Source: Alphaproteobacteria bacterium
Lineage (GTDB): Bacteria > Pseudomonadota > Alphaproteobacteria > UBA2966
Direction: 5' to 3'
Assembly (NCBI GenBank): GCA_964291395.2
Contig: OZ219856.1
Coordinates: 2,572,439-2,636,438, forward strand
Length of the DNA: 64,000 nucleotides
How positions within the stretch are numbered: position 1 is the stretch's first letter; each line of letters opens with the position of its first letter. The translations under genes and the position numbers were made by a program. This document shows positions 49,101 to 58,986 of this stretch, in pieces. Under the pieces are notes generated by a model. It had not been told where the DNA came from. It did not search any database and was given only the letters and a program-made list of their open reading frames with translations.

Positions 49101-49523
49101 ATGGTCGCTGAGGTGTCCTTGCGCATGGGGGCGGCCCGGGAGGAGCTTCCGCGCGTACACGCGGCGCTTGAGGCGTTTGCGCGGGATGAGGGCTGGCCTT
49201 CTCGGCTTGAGTTTCAGATCAAGCTGGTCATCGAGGAGGTGGTCATGAACATCCTGAGTCATGGGTACGAGGATGGCGGCGATCACGACATCCTGATCGA
49301 GCTTGCCTCGGATGCGGAGAAGATCGGCATCGAGATTGTCGACGACGGTCGCCCGTACGATCCTCTGACGGAGGCGCCGGCACCGGATACCGAGGCGTCT
49401 CTCGCGGACCGTCCCGTGGGCGGGCTAGGCGTGTATCTCGTATGCGCGTTGATGGACGAGGCCAGCTATCGGCGGGAGGACAACCTCAACCGCCTCGCCC
49501 TTACCAAACAAAAACCCGCGTAA
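49101..49523 (+). CDS. RsbW-like anti-sigma factor Ser/Thr kinase
   Basis: EEVVMNILSHGY, IVDDGRPYDP, RPVGGLGVYLV. Confidence 0.9.
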   Translation: MVAEVSLRMGAAREELPRVHAALEAFARDEGWPSRLEFQIKLVIEEVVMNILSHGYEDGGDHDILIELASDAEKIGIEIVDDGRPYDPLTEAPAPDTEASLADRPVGGLGVYLVCALMDEASYRREDNLNRLALTKQKPA

Positions 49524-49814
49524 CCAGACGCCACCGGACCGGAACCGGTTCTTGCCGATCGGTATTCGAGGACGCCTGCCAGCTCGCGGCCTGCGCCAGG
49601 TGCAGCCGGCCATCAGGACGGGCCGCTTGCCGATCTCACAAAGTGGCGGGCACTGGCCGTCAGACGATATGACTCCCAATCGCGCGGGGGCGCCCCACGA
49701 CGCATTCGCAATGAGGTAGACGCTCCTCGATTTTGCAACCTGCCGGATTGGCCGTATAGGCTGACGCACCCCGGCCCTGGCGGAGCGTCGAACGAGACGA
49801 GCAGGTACGCGAGC

Positions 49815-50315
49815 ATGACATCGAGCAAGACCCTGTATCTGGCGAACCCCTATGGGTTTTCCGCGCAGCAGCGCGGCGGGCCGCTGGCGGCGCTGGTGGC
49901 CGCCCTGGAAGCGATGGGTGCGGAGGTCTGGGAACCGTTCGCCCGCAACAACCAGATCGACCGGGCGAGCCCCGGCTGGGCCTACCGGATCGGCCAGGCC
50001 GACCTTCGCGACGTGCGCGATGCCGACGGGCTGTTCGCGGTGGTCAACGGCTGTCCTCCGGACGAGGGGGTGATGGTGGAGCTCGGCATGGCGATCGCCT
50101 GGGGAAAGCCCGTGTTCCTGTTCCGTGACGATTTCCGCCGCTGCACCGACAGCGAGGCCTATCCGCTGAACCTGATGGTGTTCACCGGCCTGCCGGAGAC
50201 GGGCTGGGAGGCCTACTGGTACGACTCGGTCGAGGAGATCGCCGATCCCGGCAAGGCCCTCGCGCGGTGGCTGAACGGCGGGGTGCGCGGCCCTCGCCCC
50301 GACGCCGCCGGGTAG
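49815..50315 (+). CDS. Nucleoside 2-deoxyribosyltransferase family
   Basis: LYLANP, DEGVMVELGMA, NLM. Confidence 0.85.
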   Translation: MTSSKTLYLANPYGFSAQQRGGPLAALVAALEAMGAEVWEPFARNNQIDRASPGWAYRIGQADLRDVRDADGLFAVVNGCPPDEGVMVELGMAIAWGKPVFLFRDDFRRCTDSEAYPLNLMVFTGLPETGWEAYWYDSVEEIADPGKALARWLNGGVRGPRPDAAG

Positions 50316-50323
50316 GAGAGAAG

Positions 50324-51790
50324 CTACGTTTTTCGGGAGGCGAGGAAGCGCTCGTAACGGCTGACGCCCGCCAGGGCGCGTGCCACTTCCGGAATTTCAT
50401 CGAACACGGGAATCCCCAATGCCAGGGCCTGGGTCCGGTCGGTACGTTTCCGCTCATCCGCCTCGGTGGAACCGTCCGAGCGCAGCACGAGCGCGAAATG
50501 AACATGCGCCTCCATCCGGGCCCGGACGTGCAAGGCGTTCTGGATGAGATTCTCGAGGATGTTGAAGCGTTGATCCGCCGAGCCGACGAACGACGCGATA
50601 TTGAGATGCATCACGAGCGCATCCGAATCGCCCGAGGCATACGCCGCTTCCAGGATTTTCTCCACGATTCCCGCCCCTTCGACCCGAAGCGTCGAGCGTG
50701 GCGTGTCGATCGGGTTTTCGACGCTCGTCCCCGGCGGCAGGTTGAGATCGTCCAACGGCTTCCGCGTCTCCTCCGAGAAAGCGGGGACCGAGAGCCCCAC
50801 CGATGAGAATATGTCGGTCCCCATGACACTGATTCCGCCGCCGTTGCCGAAGAGAACGACGTTTTCCGTGGGCTTTGACGGACGCGGCGTAAGCATCTGG
50901 AACGCGAGCAGGATATCCATGAACTCGTCGAGGGTGTCCGCCTGTACGAGACCCAACTGGCGGACCGCTGCCTGCCAGACGCGCTCGTCGCTGGCCATGG
51001 CGCCCGTGTGAGAGACCGCGGCGCGCTGACCTTCCCGGCTGCGCCCCCCGCGCAACAGGACGACCGGCTTGGCCCCCGCGGCGGCGCGAAGAATATCGAA
51101 AAATCGGCGGCCGTCCTTGATGTCCTCCAGATATAGCCCCACCACTCCGGTGTCGGGATCGGCGAGGTAGAACTCCAGGAGATCGTTGGGGCCGATGTCC
51201 GCGCTGTTGCCGACGCTGACCAGGCTGCTGAAACGCACGCCGCGCTCGTTCCCGCGGCGAATCATGTTCGTGCCGAGGCCTCCGCTCTGGGTCACGATGC
51301 CGACGGGCCCCGGTTCCGGCGAGACGCCTCCGACCCACGTGAGATGGCCCTTGGGACAATAGATCCCGATGCAGTTCGGACCGACCAGCCGCGAGCCCCC
51401 GGCGCGGGCCGCCGCAACGATGTGGTCCTCGAGCTCCTTGCCCGCGACGGTCTCACCGAAGCCGCTGGACGACACCTGGGCGAACCGCACCTTGCCCCCG
51501 GCACCGGAGAGGAGACCGGGGATCGACCGTGCCGCCACCGAAATGTACGCGTAGTCCACGATCTCCGGCAGGTCGGCGAAGGTGCGATAGGCGCGAAGTC
51601 CCTCGACCTCCTCCGCGGACGGATGAATCGGATAGATATCGCCCTTGAAGCCGAAGTTCCGGACGTGATTGATGATCTCGTTGCCGAGCGTCACGCTCGA
51701 AGCCGAAGCCCCGGCGACCGCGATGGCGCGGGGTTCGACGAGCGGCCGGAACGTTTCCAGCACGTTCGGATCGGGCGGCACGTCGCTCAT
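50324..51790 (-). CDS. ADP-forming acyl-CoA synthetase alpha subunit (CoA-binding)
   Basis: AVAGAS, GPNCIG, QSGG, SVGN, SHTGA phospho-His, NPID; no ATP-grasp domain. Confidence 0.85.
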   Translation of the reverse strand: MSDVPPDPNVLETFRPLVEPRAIAVAGASASSVTLGNEIINHVRNFGFKGDIYPIHPSAEEVEGLRAYRTFADLPEIVDYAYISVAARSIPGLLSGAGGKVRFAQVSSSGFGETVAGKELEDHIVAAARAGGSRLVGPNCIGIYCPKGHLTWVGGVSPEPGPVGIVTQSGGLGTNMIRRGNERGVRFSSLVSVGNSADIGPNDLLEFYLADPDTGVVGLYLEDIKDGRRFFDILRAAAGAKPVVLLRGGRSREGQRAAVSHTGAMASDERVWQAAVRQLGLVQADTLDEFMDILLAFQMLTPRPSKPTENVVLFGNGGGISVMGTDIFSSVGLSVPAFSEETRKPLDDLNLPPGTSVENPIDTPRSTLRVEGAGIVEKILEAAYASGDSDALVMHLNIASFVGSADQRFNILENLIQNALHVRARMEAHVHFALVLRSDGSTEADERKRTDRTQALALGIPVFDEIPEVARALAGVSRYERFLASRKT

Positions 51791-51827
51791 GTCAGGCAAT
51801 TTCCGATTGCGCCCGGATCGAGATTCG

Positions 51828-52604
51828 TCATGCTTGCGCGCCCGTGGCCGAGGAAGGTGCTCCGGTCGCGCCGGCGATTCGCGTCAGCCAGTCCAGCAAT
51901 TCCTTGACCGTATCGACCTGTACCGCTGCCTGGGTAACCGGCCCGTTTCCGACACGGATGCTCACTCCGCCCCGCGCATTGACGACGGCGAAACCGTCTT
52001 CATCGGTGATGTCGTCGCCACAGAATACCGGGGTCCGCCCGTGGAACGGCGCCTCGCGCATGAACGCTTCGATGGCGGTACCTTTCGTGAAAGCACGCGG
52101 TCTGACGTCGAAAACGAACTTGCCTTCGACCACCTGCCAGTCCTTCGTATGGCCCTCGAGGGCGGCGTTCACGGCGTCTCTGCAAGCGTTCATCGACGAG
52201 GGGTTGAGGCGGCAGTGCAAGGCGACGGTGAATTTCTTGTCTTCGACGAAGACGCCTCGATGACCCGCTGCGAATTCCCGCAGCAGCGTCCCGACACTCC
52301 GTAAGCCATTGGGAAGCGGGCTTGGACGGACGATCGCGCCGTCGGCGGCGCGCCGTTCAAGTCCGTGCAGCCCGGCGACGGCGGGGACGGCGGTACCGAG
52401 AAAGCCGTCGATCTGCTCGATGGGCCGTCCCGTGACGATCGCCACGGCATTTCCCAACGTCTTGCGCAACGCGGCCAGCAATGACGGCAGAGTCTCCGGA
52501 ACGTCGACGGACTCGGGCGTCGGCGCGATATCGACGATGCTGCCGTCGAAATCGAGAAACAACGCCCAATCCATGCGGGGTTCGGGCAGGTTCACGGAGT
52601 GCAT
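51828..52604 (-). CDS. otsB: Trehalose-6-phosphate phosphatase
   Basis: FLDFDGS, VTGR, GLHGLE, KGTA, GDDITDEDGF. Confidence 0.92.
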   Translation of the reverse strand: MHSVNLPEPRMDWALFLDFDGSIVDIAPTPESVDVPETLPSLLAALRKTLGNAVAIVTGRPIEQIDGFLGTAVPAVAGLHGLERRAADGAIVRPSPLPNGLRSVGTLLREFAAGHRGVFVEDKKFTVALHCRLNPSSMNACRDAVNAALEGHTKDWQVVEGKFVFDVRPRAFTKGTAIEAFMREAPFHGRTPVFCGDDITDEDGFAVVNARGGVSIRVGNGPVTQAAVQVDTVKELLDWLTRIAGATGAPSSATGAQA

Positions 52605-53890
52605 GGCCGCCCCTTGCCCAGAATCTCGCGTGTCCGGACCTTGCCTTCCTCGACGGCGGGCTGGTCGAAGGGGTTTATGCCCGACATCCGCGCCCCGATG
52701 ATCGTCTCCAGCATGAAATGCATGAACAGCGCGCCCATCGCCGCGGCGTCGATCCGGGCCAGCCGGAGGACTCGCGTGGGCCGGCCGCGCGCGATCAGCG
52801 CCTCCGTCGTCGCCGTTTGCTGCGCCGCGACGAGGTCGCCGATGGTCGTATCCGCAAGGTAGGCCAGGGACTCCTCGCCCGTTCGTCCCACCGGGATCGC
52901 GGGGCCCGTGCCGCGAACGTCCGCCTGGATGATCGTGAACATCTTGTCCCGCGGGCCGTCGAGATAGAGCTGCAGCTGACTGTGCTGGTCCATGGGACCC
53001 AGCGCCGGAATCGGCGTCGTGCCCGCTCCGTCCTTGCCCAGGCTCTCTGCCCACAATTGACGGTGCCAGGCCGCGAGGGGGTTCAGGGCATCGCCATAGG
53101 GCATGACGACGCTCATGGTTGCGCCGTGATGCCGGGCCAGCCCCAGCGAGACCGCGGCTCCAAGTGCCGCGGGGCGGGAGCCGGATGATCCCGTGCCGAA
53201 GGCGTCATCCAGAACCGAGGCCGCGCCCCCCCGGATTTCCACCGGGTCGAGGCCCGCAATCGCGGCAGGCAACATGCCGACCGCCGACAGAACCGAGAAA
53301 CGCCCACCTACGCCAGGGTCATGATCCAGCACTTCATGGCCGCGCTCGACGGCGAGACGTCTCAGGACGCTGTCCGTCGGGTCGGTGACGACGACGAAGC
53401 GGTCGGATGCCGTCTCGGCAAGCGCGACCTGGGCCGCCCGGTGGCAAACCAGGTATTGCGAGATCGTCTCCACCGTGGAGCCCGACTTCGAGATCACCAG
53501 AAATCCGGTGCGCGTGAAGTCGATCGTCCCGATCAGCGCCGCCATGGCCGCCGGATCGAGATTGTCGGCGAAATGGAGTTTCGGATCGCCATGCGGGTTC
53601 AACCGCGTGATCGCCCGGCCTCCGAGGCTCGAGCCCCCGGTGCCCAGCACGACGACGCTCTCGAACCGGGACTTGATTTCCTCCGCGACGGAGGCGAAGA
53701 GGGAAATGTCGTCCCGACGCGCGGGCAGGGCCAGGACGTCCGCGGCACCGTCCACGTCGCCGTTGCGCAGGTCCTCGAGAGCGGCGGCCGCGCCGTCGAG
53801 CAGAGCCGCCAGCTCATCCTCGGCGAGGCCGTGTTCGCCGATGGTCTCCGCGAGACAGCCCAGAATATCCTGTTCGTAGTGCACGGGCAT
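52592..53890 (-). CDS. pgi: Glucose-6-phosphate isomerase
   Basis: GTGGSSLG, SKSGST, GGRFS, QLWAESLGK, DQHSQLQL, DQPAVEEGK. Confidence 0.93.
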   Translation of the reverse strand: MPVHYEQDILGCLAETIGEHGLAEDELAALLDGAAAALEDLRNGDVDGAADVLALPARRDDISLFASVAEEIKSRFESVVVLGTGGSSLGGRAITRLNPHGDPKLHFADNLDPAAMAALIGTIDFTRTGFLVISKSGSTVETISQYLVCHRAAQVALAETASDRFVVVTDPTDSVLRRLAVERGHEVLDHDPGVGGRFSVLSAVGMLPAAIAGLDPVEIRGGAASVLDDAFGTGSSGSRPAALGAAVSLGLARHHGATMSVVMPYGDALNPLAAWHRQLWAESLGKDGAGTTPIPALGPMDQHSQLQLYLDGPRDKMFTIIQADVRGTGPAIPVGRTGEESLAYLADTTIGDLVAAQQTATTEALIARGRPTRVLRLARIDAAAMGALFMHFMLETIIGARMSGINPFDQPAVEEGKVRTREILGKGRPCTP

Positions 53891-53935
53891 GCGATGGACT
53901 GCTTTCCGGAAAAGGTCAAGTCCCCATGTAGAGGG

Positions 53936-55215
53936 GGTGACGTATCAGGGTTTGTGTCAGCTGAGGAGAGGGGGGTACTCCGTGGATTGTCGAGATCCAC
54001 GAGAAGGAGCACCCCCATGCCGCAATCTGCGACGATCGAGAGTTTACCCGCCGCGTTCCGGATGATGAAGGCGATGCAGGCCGAAGGGGTCGAGTGGGGC
54101 GAGGATTACCGCACCGCCGCCAGGGCTGCGCTGAAGGAGGTGCTCGAGGCGCGGATGGGCGATCTGATCGTCGGCCATCTCGATGCCATGGCGAGGCGCG
54201 AGATCGCTGACCGGCGCAACGGCCATTACCGGCGCTGGCTGATCACCGAAGCTCGGCGAGATCGAGCTCTGCGTGCCGCGCACCCGCAGCTTCTCGGCAC
54301 GCGCGGTGCTGCGCGCCTATGCAAGGCGCGCGCCGCATGTCGACCGCCTGGTGCTGGCCTGCTTCGTGCTCGGACTGTCGACCCGCAAGGTAGCCACCGC
54401 GCTCATGCCGATCCTCGGCCGGCGCATCAGTCCGGCCACGGTGAGCCGCATCGCCAGGACGCTCGATGGCGCCGTCGCCGCCTTCCACCGCAGGCCGTTG
54501 AAGGACGCTTACCCCGTGCTCATGCTCGACGGCGTGGTACTCGCCCGCAAGACCGGCGCCGGCGCGCTCAGGCGCCCCGTCCTGGTGGCGCTCGGCATCG
54601 GGGCGGACGGCAAGAAGGAGGTCATCGACTTCCGCCTGGCGGCCAGCGAGAGCGCCGCCCAGTGGGAGCGCTTCCTCACCGATCTGTACCGCCGCGGGCT
54701 CACCGGCGAAGGGATCGAGGTGATCTGCGCCGACGGCGGCCAGGGCCTGCTCGCCGCCCTGCCCATCGTCTACCCCGGCATCGCCGTCCAGCGCTGTTGG
54801 GCGCACAAGATCAGAAACGTCCTCGACAAAGTGCGCAAACCCGACCGCGACGCCGTCAAGGCCAGCCTGCACGCCATCATGAACGTCCCAAACCGGCCCA
54901 AGGCAATCTCCGCCGCGCGCCGCTTCGCCGAGCGCTGGCAGACAACCTACCCAAAGGCCGTCGCCTGCCTGCGCAACGACCTCGACGACCTGCTCACATG
55001 CTTCCGATACAAAACCCCAGACCAGCGCAAACGGGTCAGAACCACAAACGCCATCGAACGACGCTTTCGAGAAGTCCGGCGCAGAACAAGGCCCATGGGA
55101 ACCTTCCAGGACCGAACCTCAATGGACCGCATCCTGTTCGCCGTCTTCACACATGAAAACCAAAACCAGGGAGTCCCTACCCTCTTCTCCCTGACACACA
55201 ACTCTTGACGTTACC
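53936..55215 (+). mobile_element. IS256-family insertion sequence
   Basis: Imperfect IRs GGTGACGTATCAGGGTTTGTGTCAG / GGTAACGTCAAGAGTTGTGTGTCAG; 9-bp target duplication TGTAGAGGG at 53927-53935 and 55216-55224. Confidence 0.92.
54017..55208 (+). pseudogene. IS256 transposase with +1 frameshift near 54250
   Basis: RNGHYRR...[fs]GEIELCVPR, LSTRKV, MLDG, ADG, QRCWAH, TTNAIER (DDE). Confidence 0.85.
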
Positions 55216-55389
55216 TGTAGAGGGGTGGAAAGCGGCGGCGCCGGGTTGCCTCGGCGCCGCCGTAATTTGTGGGATCTCCGACCGGCCTCCCACGCGGTTT
55301 CAAGTGTCATACGCGTATGCTACACACGGCGGTCGCGCGGGCGGTCGCCGACGCACCCCGGAAGGCGATGTCGATCAGGGAGAACGTGA

Positions 55390-55776
55390 ATGAGGATTGG
55401 CGGACTTTTTGCCCTCGCCGCGGTGCTCGCGGTGGCCGTCGCCGGCTCGCCGGCTGGCGCGGCGGGCGACCCCGCGAAGGGCGAGAAAGTGTTCAGGAAG
55501 TGCAAGGCGTGCCACACGGTCAAGCAGGGCGCGAAGCACAAAGTCGGCCCGAATCTGCACGGCGTGATCGGACGCCAGGCCGGCACGGCCGAGGGTTTCA
55601 AGCGATACTCCAAAGGTCTGAAGACCGCCGGATTCGCATGGGATGCGGAGCTGCTTGACCGGTATCTGAAGAGCCCGAGGAAGATGATCAAGGGCGGCCG
55701 GATGGCGTTCCCCGGACTGAGGAAGGAGCGGGATCGCGCGGATGTCATCGCCTACCTCATGCAGGCGACGAAATAG
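55390..55776 (+). CDS. Cytochrome c2-like class I cytochrome
   Basis: Signal peptide, [23 protein letters not shown]. Confidence 0.93.
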   Translation: MRIGGLFALAAVLAVAVAGSPAGAAGDPAKGEKVFRKCKACHTVKQGAKHKVGPNLHGVIGRQAGTAEGFKRYSKGLKTAGFAWDAELLDRYLKSPRKMIKGGRMAFPGLRKERDRADVIAYLMQATK

Positions 55777-55795
55777 GTACGGCGGCGGCCTTTCC

Positions 55796-55824
55796 GAGCG
55801 GTTCCGGTCAAGCCGGAACCGCTC
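55796..55824. terminator. Hairpin between convergent genes
   Basis: Perfect 12-bp stem GAGCGGTTCCGG-TCAAG-CCGGAACCGCTC. Confidence 0.65.
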
Positions 55825-55845
55825 CGGCATTTCTTGTCCTGTCGC

Positions 55846-56274
55846 TCACTCCCGAACCACCAGAACCGACACCGGCGCATGTCTGACGACGCGCGCGGCG
55901 TTCGGCCCGAGCAGGTAATCCCGGATTTCGGGCCGATGCGACGTCAGGACGATCAGGTCGGCATCGATCTCCTTCGCCGTTTCGAGGATCTCCTCATAGA
56001 TCGTGCCGTTGGCCACGATCGTCCGCGCCGGGATGTCGCCGGGGACGTTCTTCGCGACGAAGTCCCCCATCTCCGCATTCGCCTTCTCGAGCGCCTTTTC
56101 CTCGAAGTCGGCCGGGAAGAATCCGGCGACCCACGACGAGCCCATGTCGGGCACGACCGTCATCACGTGCAACTTGGCGTTCGACGACTTGCAGAGACTT
56201 AGGGCCGTGGGCAACGCCTTGCGCCACGAAGATTCGTGGTTGAGATCGATGGAAAGCAGAATGTTGTCGTACAT
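55846..56274 (-). CDS. Universal stress protein
   Basis: MYDNILLSID, ADLIVLTSH, LLGPNAARVVRHA. Confidence 0.92.
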   Translation of the reverse strand: MYDNILLSIDLNHESSWRKALPTALSLCKSSNAKLHVMTVVPDMGSSWVAGFFPADFEEKALEKANAEMGDFVAKNVPGDIPARTIVANGTIYEEILETAKEIDADLIVLTSHRPEIRDYLLGPNAARVVRHAPVSVLVVRE

Positions 56275-56288
56275 CGCGCGTCTCCGTA

Positions 56289-58877
56289 TCAGGCGGCCGC
56301 CGGCACCGATTTCTCGCGTCGGCCACGCTGCAGCATGATGATGAGCCCAAGCAGGACGAGCGCCGGTATGTACATCAGCTGCCTGGGCGGACGCTCCGCC
56401 TCCATCTCTATGCCCTTGATCTCCCAGTCGAAGTCCAGGCCCGCCAGTTCGGCCGGGCTGCCGAACACGAGATTGTCGACGAGGACCCTGCCCTCTTCGG
56501 TCCGGACCTCGATTCCGGCTTCGTTCAAACGTTCCGCTCCGCTCGCCTTCGGTCCGAGCGGCAGCATCACGAGCTTGCTCACCCGGTCGCCGTCCAGGGT
56601 CTCGCCTTCGGCACTGATCAGAAGGCTGGCGCCGTCGGGCAACCCCTCGGCCAACGCCTCGATCTGCGTCGCCGCGACGACCTCGACCGGCGGGTAAACC
56701 ATGTCCCACCAATACCCGGGCCGGAACAGGGTGAACGCCACGAGCACCAGGGCCAGAGACTCCCACAGTCTGCTCCTGACGAGGAAGAAGCCCTGGGTGG
56801 CCGCCGCGAACACCAGCATCGCCAACACCGCCGCGACGACCACGACGACGAAGTGGTACCAGCTCGTGATCCCGATCATCAGCAACTCGGTGTTGAATAT
56901 GAACAGGAACGGCAGGATGGCCGTCCGGATGTCGTACGTGAAGCCCTGGAGACCCGTCCTGATCGGGTCGCCGCCGGATATCGCGGCGGCGGCGAAGGCG
57001 GCGAGCCCCACCGGCGGCGTGTCGTCCGCGAGAATGCCGAAGTAGAAAACGAACAGGTGCACCGCGATGAGCGGCACGATCAGGCCGGATTGGGCCCCCA
57101 ACGTGACGATCACCGGCGCCATCAGAGTCGAAACGACGATGTAGTTCGCCGTCGTCGGCAGGCCCATGCCCAGGATCAGGCTGATCACCGCCGTGAAAAT
57201 GAGCATCAGGATGAGGTTGCCGCCCGAGATGAACTCGACGAACTCGGTCATCACCAGGCCGATGCCGGTCAGGGTTACCGTTCCCACGACGATACCGGCC
57301 GCCGCCGTCGCGACGCCGATGCCGATCATGTTGCGGGCGCCGGACACCAGGCCGTCCAGCAGTTCGTCCCACCCCTGCCGCACCGCCGCGCTCAGGTCTG
57401 CGCTCTGCCGGAAACAGGCCATCAGCGGCCGCTGGGTGATGACGATGAAGATCATGAACACCGTCGCCCAGAAGGCGGACAGACCCGGGGAGAAACGCTC
57501 CACGGTCAGGCACCAGACCAGCACGACCACCGGCAGCAGGTAGTGGAGTCCGGATTTGATCGTCGGACCCGGCAGCGGCAATTCCGTGATCTCCGCGTGG
57601 GGATCCGCCCCGGCCGGGAATCGGGAGCCGTACCAGGCCAATCCGACGTAGGCGATCACGGTCAGAACCGCCGCGACCCACGGCGAAGCCGCGCCGAACG
57701 CCGTCTTGATCCAGCCCATGCCGTAGTACACGACGCCCGACAGGATGATCAGGCCGATGACGGTCATGACGAAGGCCAGGAGCATCTGGACGCGCGTCGA
57801 TTCGGAACGGCGCGGAAGACCCCGCAAGTCCGCCTTCGCCGCTTCCAGATGGACGATGTAGACCAGGGCGATGTAGGAGATGATCGCCGGCAGGAAAGCG
57901 TGCTTGATGACCTCGACATAGGAAACGCCGACGTATTCCACCATGAGAAACGCGGCGGCCCCCATGATCGGCGGCGTGAGCTGACCGTTGGTCGATGACG
58001 CGACCTCGACGGCGCCGGCCTTTTCGGAGGGGAATCCGACGCGTTTCATCAGTGGAATCGTGAACGTGCCCGTGGTCACCACGTTCGCGATGGAGGACCC
58101 GGAGATCAGGCCCGTCATGCCGGACGAAACGACGGCCGCCTTGGCCGGTCCCCCGCGCATGTGACCCAGCAGGGAGAAGGCGACGCGAATGAAGTATCCG
58201 CCGGCCCCCGCCTTGTCGAGCAACGCCCCGAAAAGCACGAACAGGAACACGAAACTCGTCGAGACCCCCAGCGCGATGCCGAACACGCCTTCCGTCGACA
58301 ACCACTGGTGCGACATCGCCTTGCTGAGCGACGCGCCCTTGTGCGCGATCACGTCCGGCATGTAGGGGCCGAAGAACGTGTAGATGAGGAACACGCTGGC
58401 CACCACCATGAGCGGCGGTCCCAGGGCACGCCTCGTGGCCTCCAGAAGAAGAAGCATGCCCACCACGGCGACCACGAGATCGAAGGTCTCGGGCGCGCCG
58501 GCTCGGTCGGACAACGCCTCGTAGAAGAGATACAGGTACGCCGCGGCGAAGGCGCCTGCGACGGCAAACACCCAATCCTGGATCGGGACGTGACGTCGCG
58601 GCGAACTCTTCAACGCCGGGTAGGCCGCAAAAGTCAGGAAAATCGAGAACGCGAGATGGATCGCGCGGGCCTCGGTATCGTTGAGGACACCGAACCTGAG
58701 CAGGAACGGCAACGGCGAGGCGTACCACAACTGGAACAGCGACCAGACGAGAGGCACGGCGAACAGGACCTTGGCCGGGAGTCCGGTCGGCGTGCGCCCG
58801 CCGGTATCGGCCTCCGCGATCATGTCCTGGAGGTCCTGCTCCTCCGCGGTATCGGGACTGGTGTTTTGGTCAGTCAT
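56289..58877 (-). CDS. TAXI-TRAP fused 4TM/12TM permease
   Basis: GGPAKAAV, GSSIANV, PPIMGAAAF, GMGLPTTANY, ADDTPPV. Confidence 0.93.
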   Translation of the reverse strand: MTDQNTSPDTAEEQDLQDMIAEADTGGRTPTGLPAKVLFAVPLVWSLFQLWYASPLPFLLRFGVLNDTEARAIHLAFSIFLTFAAYPALKSSPRRHVPIQDWVFAVAGAFAAAYLYLFYEALSDRAGAPETFDLVVAVVGMLLLLEATRRALGPPLMVVASVFLIYTFFGPYMPDVIAHKGASLSKAMSHQWLSTEGVFGIALGVSTSFVFLFVLFGALLDKAGAGGYFIRVAFSLLGHMRGGPAKAAVVSSGMTGLISGSSIANVVTTGTFTIPLMKRVGFPSEKAGAVEVASSTNGQLTPPIMGAAAFLMVEYVGVSYVEVIKHAFLPAIISYIALVYIVHLEAAKADLRGLPRRSESTRVQMLLAFVMTVIGLIILSGVVYYGMGWIKTAFGAASPWVAAVLTVIAYVGLAWYGSRFPAGADPHAEITELPLPGPTIKSGLHYLLPVVVLVWCLTVERFSPGLSAFWATVFMIFIVITQRPLMACFRQSADLSAAVRQGWDELLDGLVSGARNMIGIGVATAAAGIVVGTVTLTGIGLVMTEFVEFISGGNLILMLIFTAVISLILGMGLPTTANYIVVSTLMAPVIVTLGAQSGLIVPLIAVHLFVFYFGILADDTPPVGLAAFAAAAISGGDPIRTGLQGFTYDIRTAILPFLFIFNTELLMIGITSWYHFVVVVVAAVLAMLVFAAATQGFFLVRSRLWESLALVLVAFTLFRPGYWWDMVYPPVEVVAATQIEALAEGLPDGASLLISAEGETLDGDRVSKLVMLPLGPKASGAERLNEAGIEVRTEEGRVLVDNLVFGSPAELAGLDFDWEIKGIEMEAERPPRQLMYIPALVLLGLIIMLQRGRREKSVPAAA

Positions 58878-58986
58878 GTCCGGCCTCCGGCAACGCCGAT
58901 CGCAATTCCGTTGATACAGGCATCCCGCGAGCGAGGCTTGGCAACCCGGTGTCCGTCACCGGGAGACGTTGCAACCGCTCGGGCCA

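Noticed and set aside
54240-54260. Programmed frameshift in IS256 transposase
   Set aside because: IS256 transposases are single ORFs and no slippery heptamer is present; simple indel or error
56275-58728. Apparent 960-aa protein ending in a USP domain
   Set aside because: Only the last 142 aa are USP; the rest is an alternative frame of the TRAP permease
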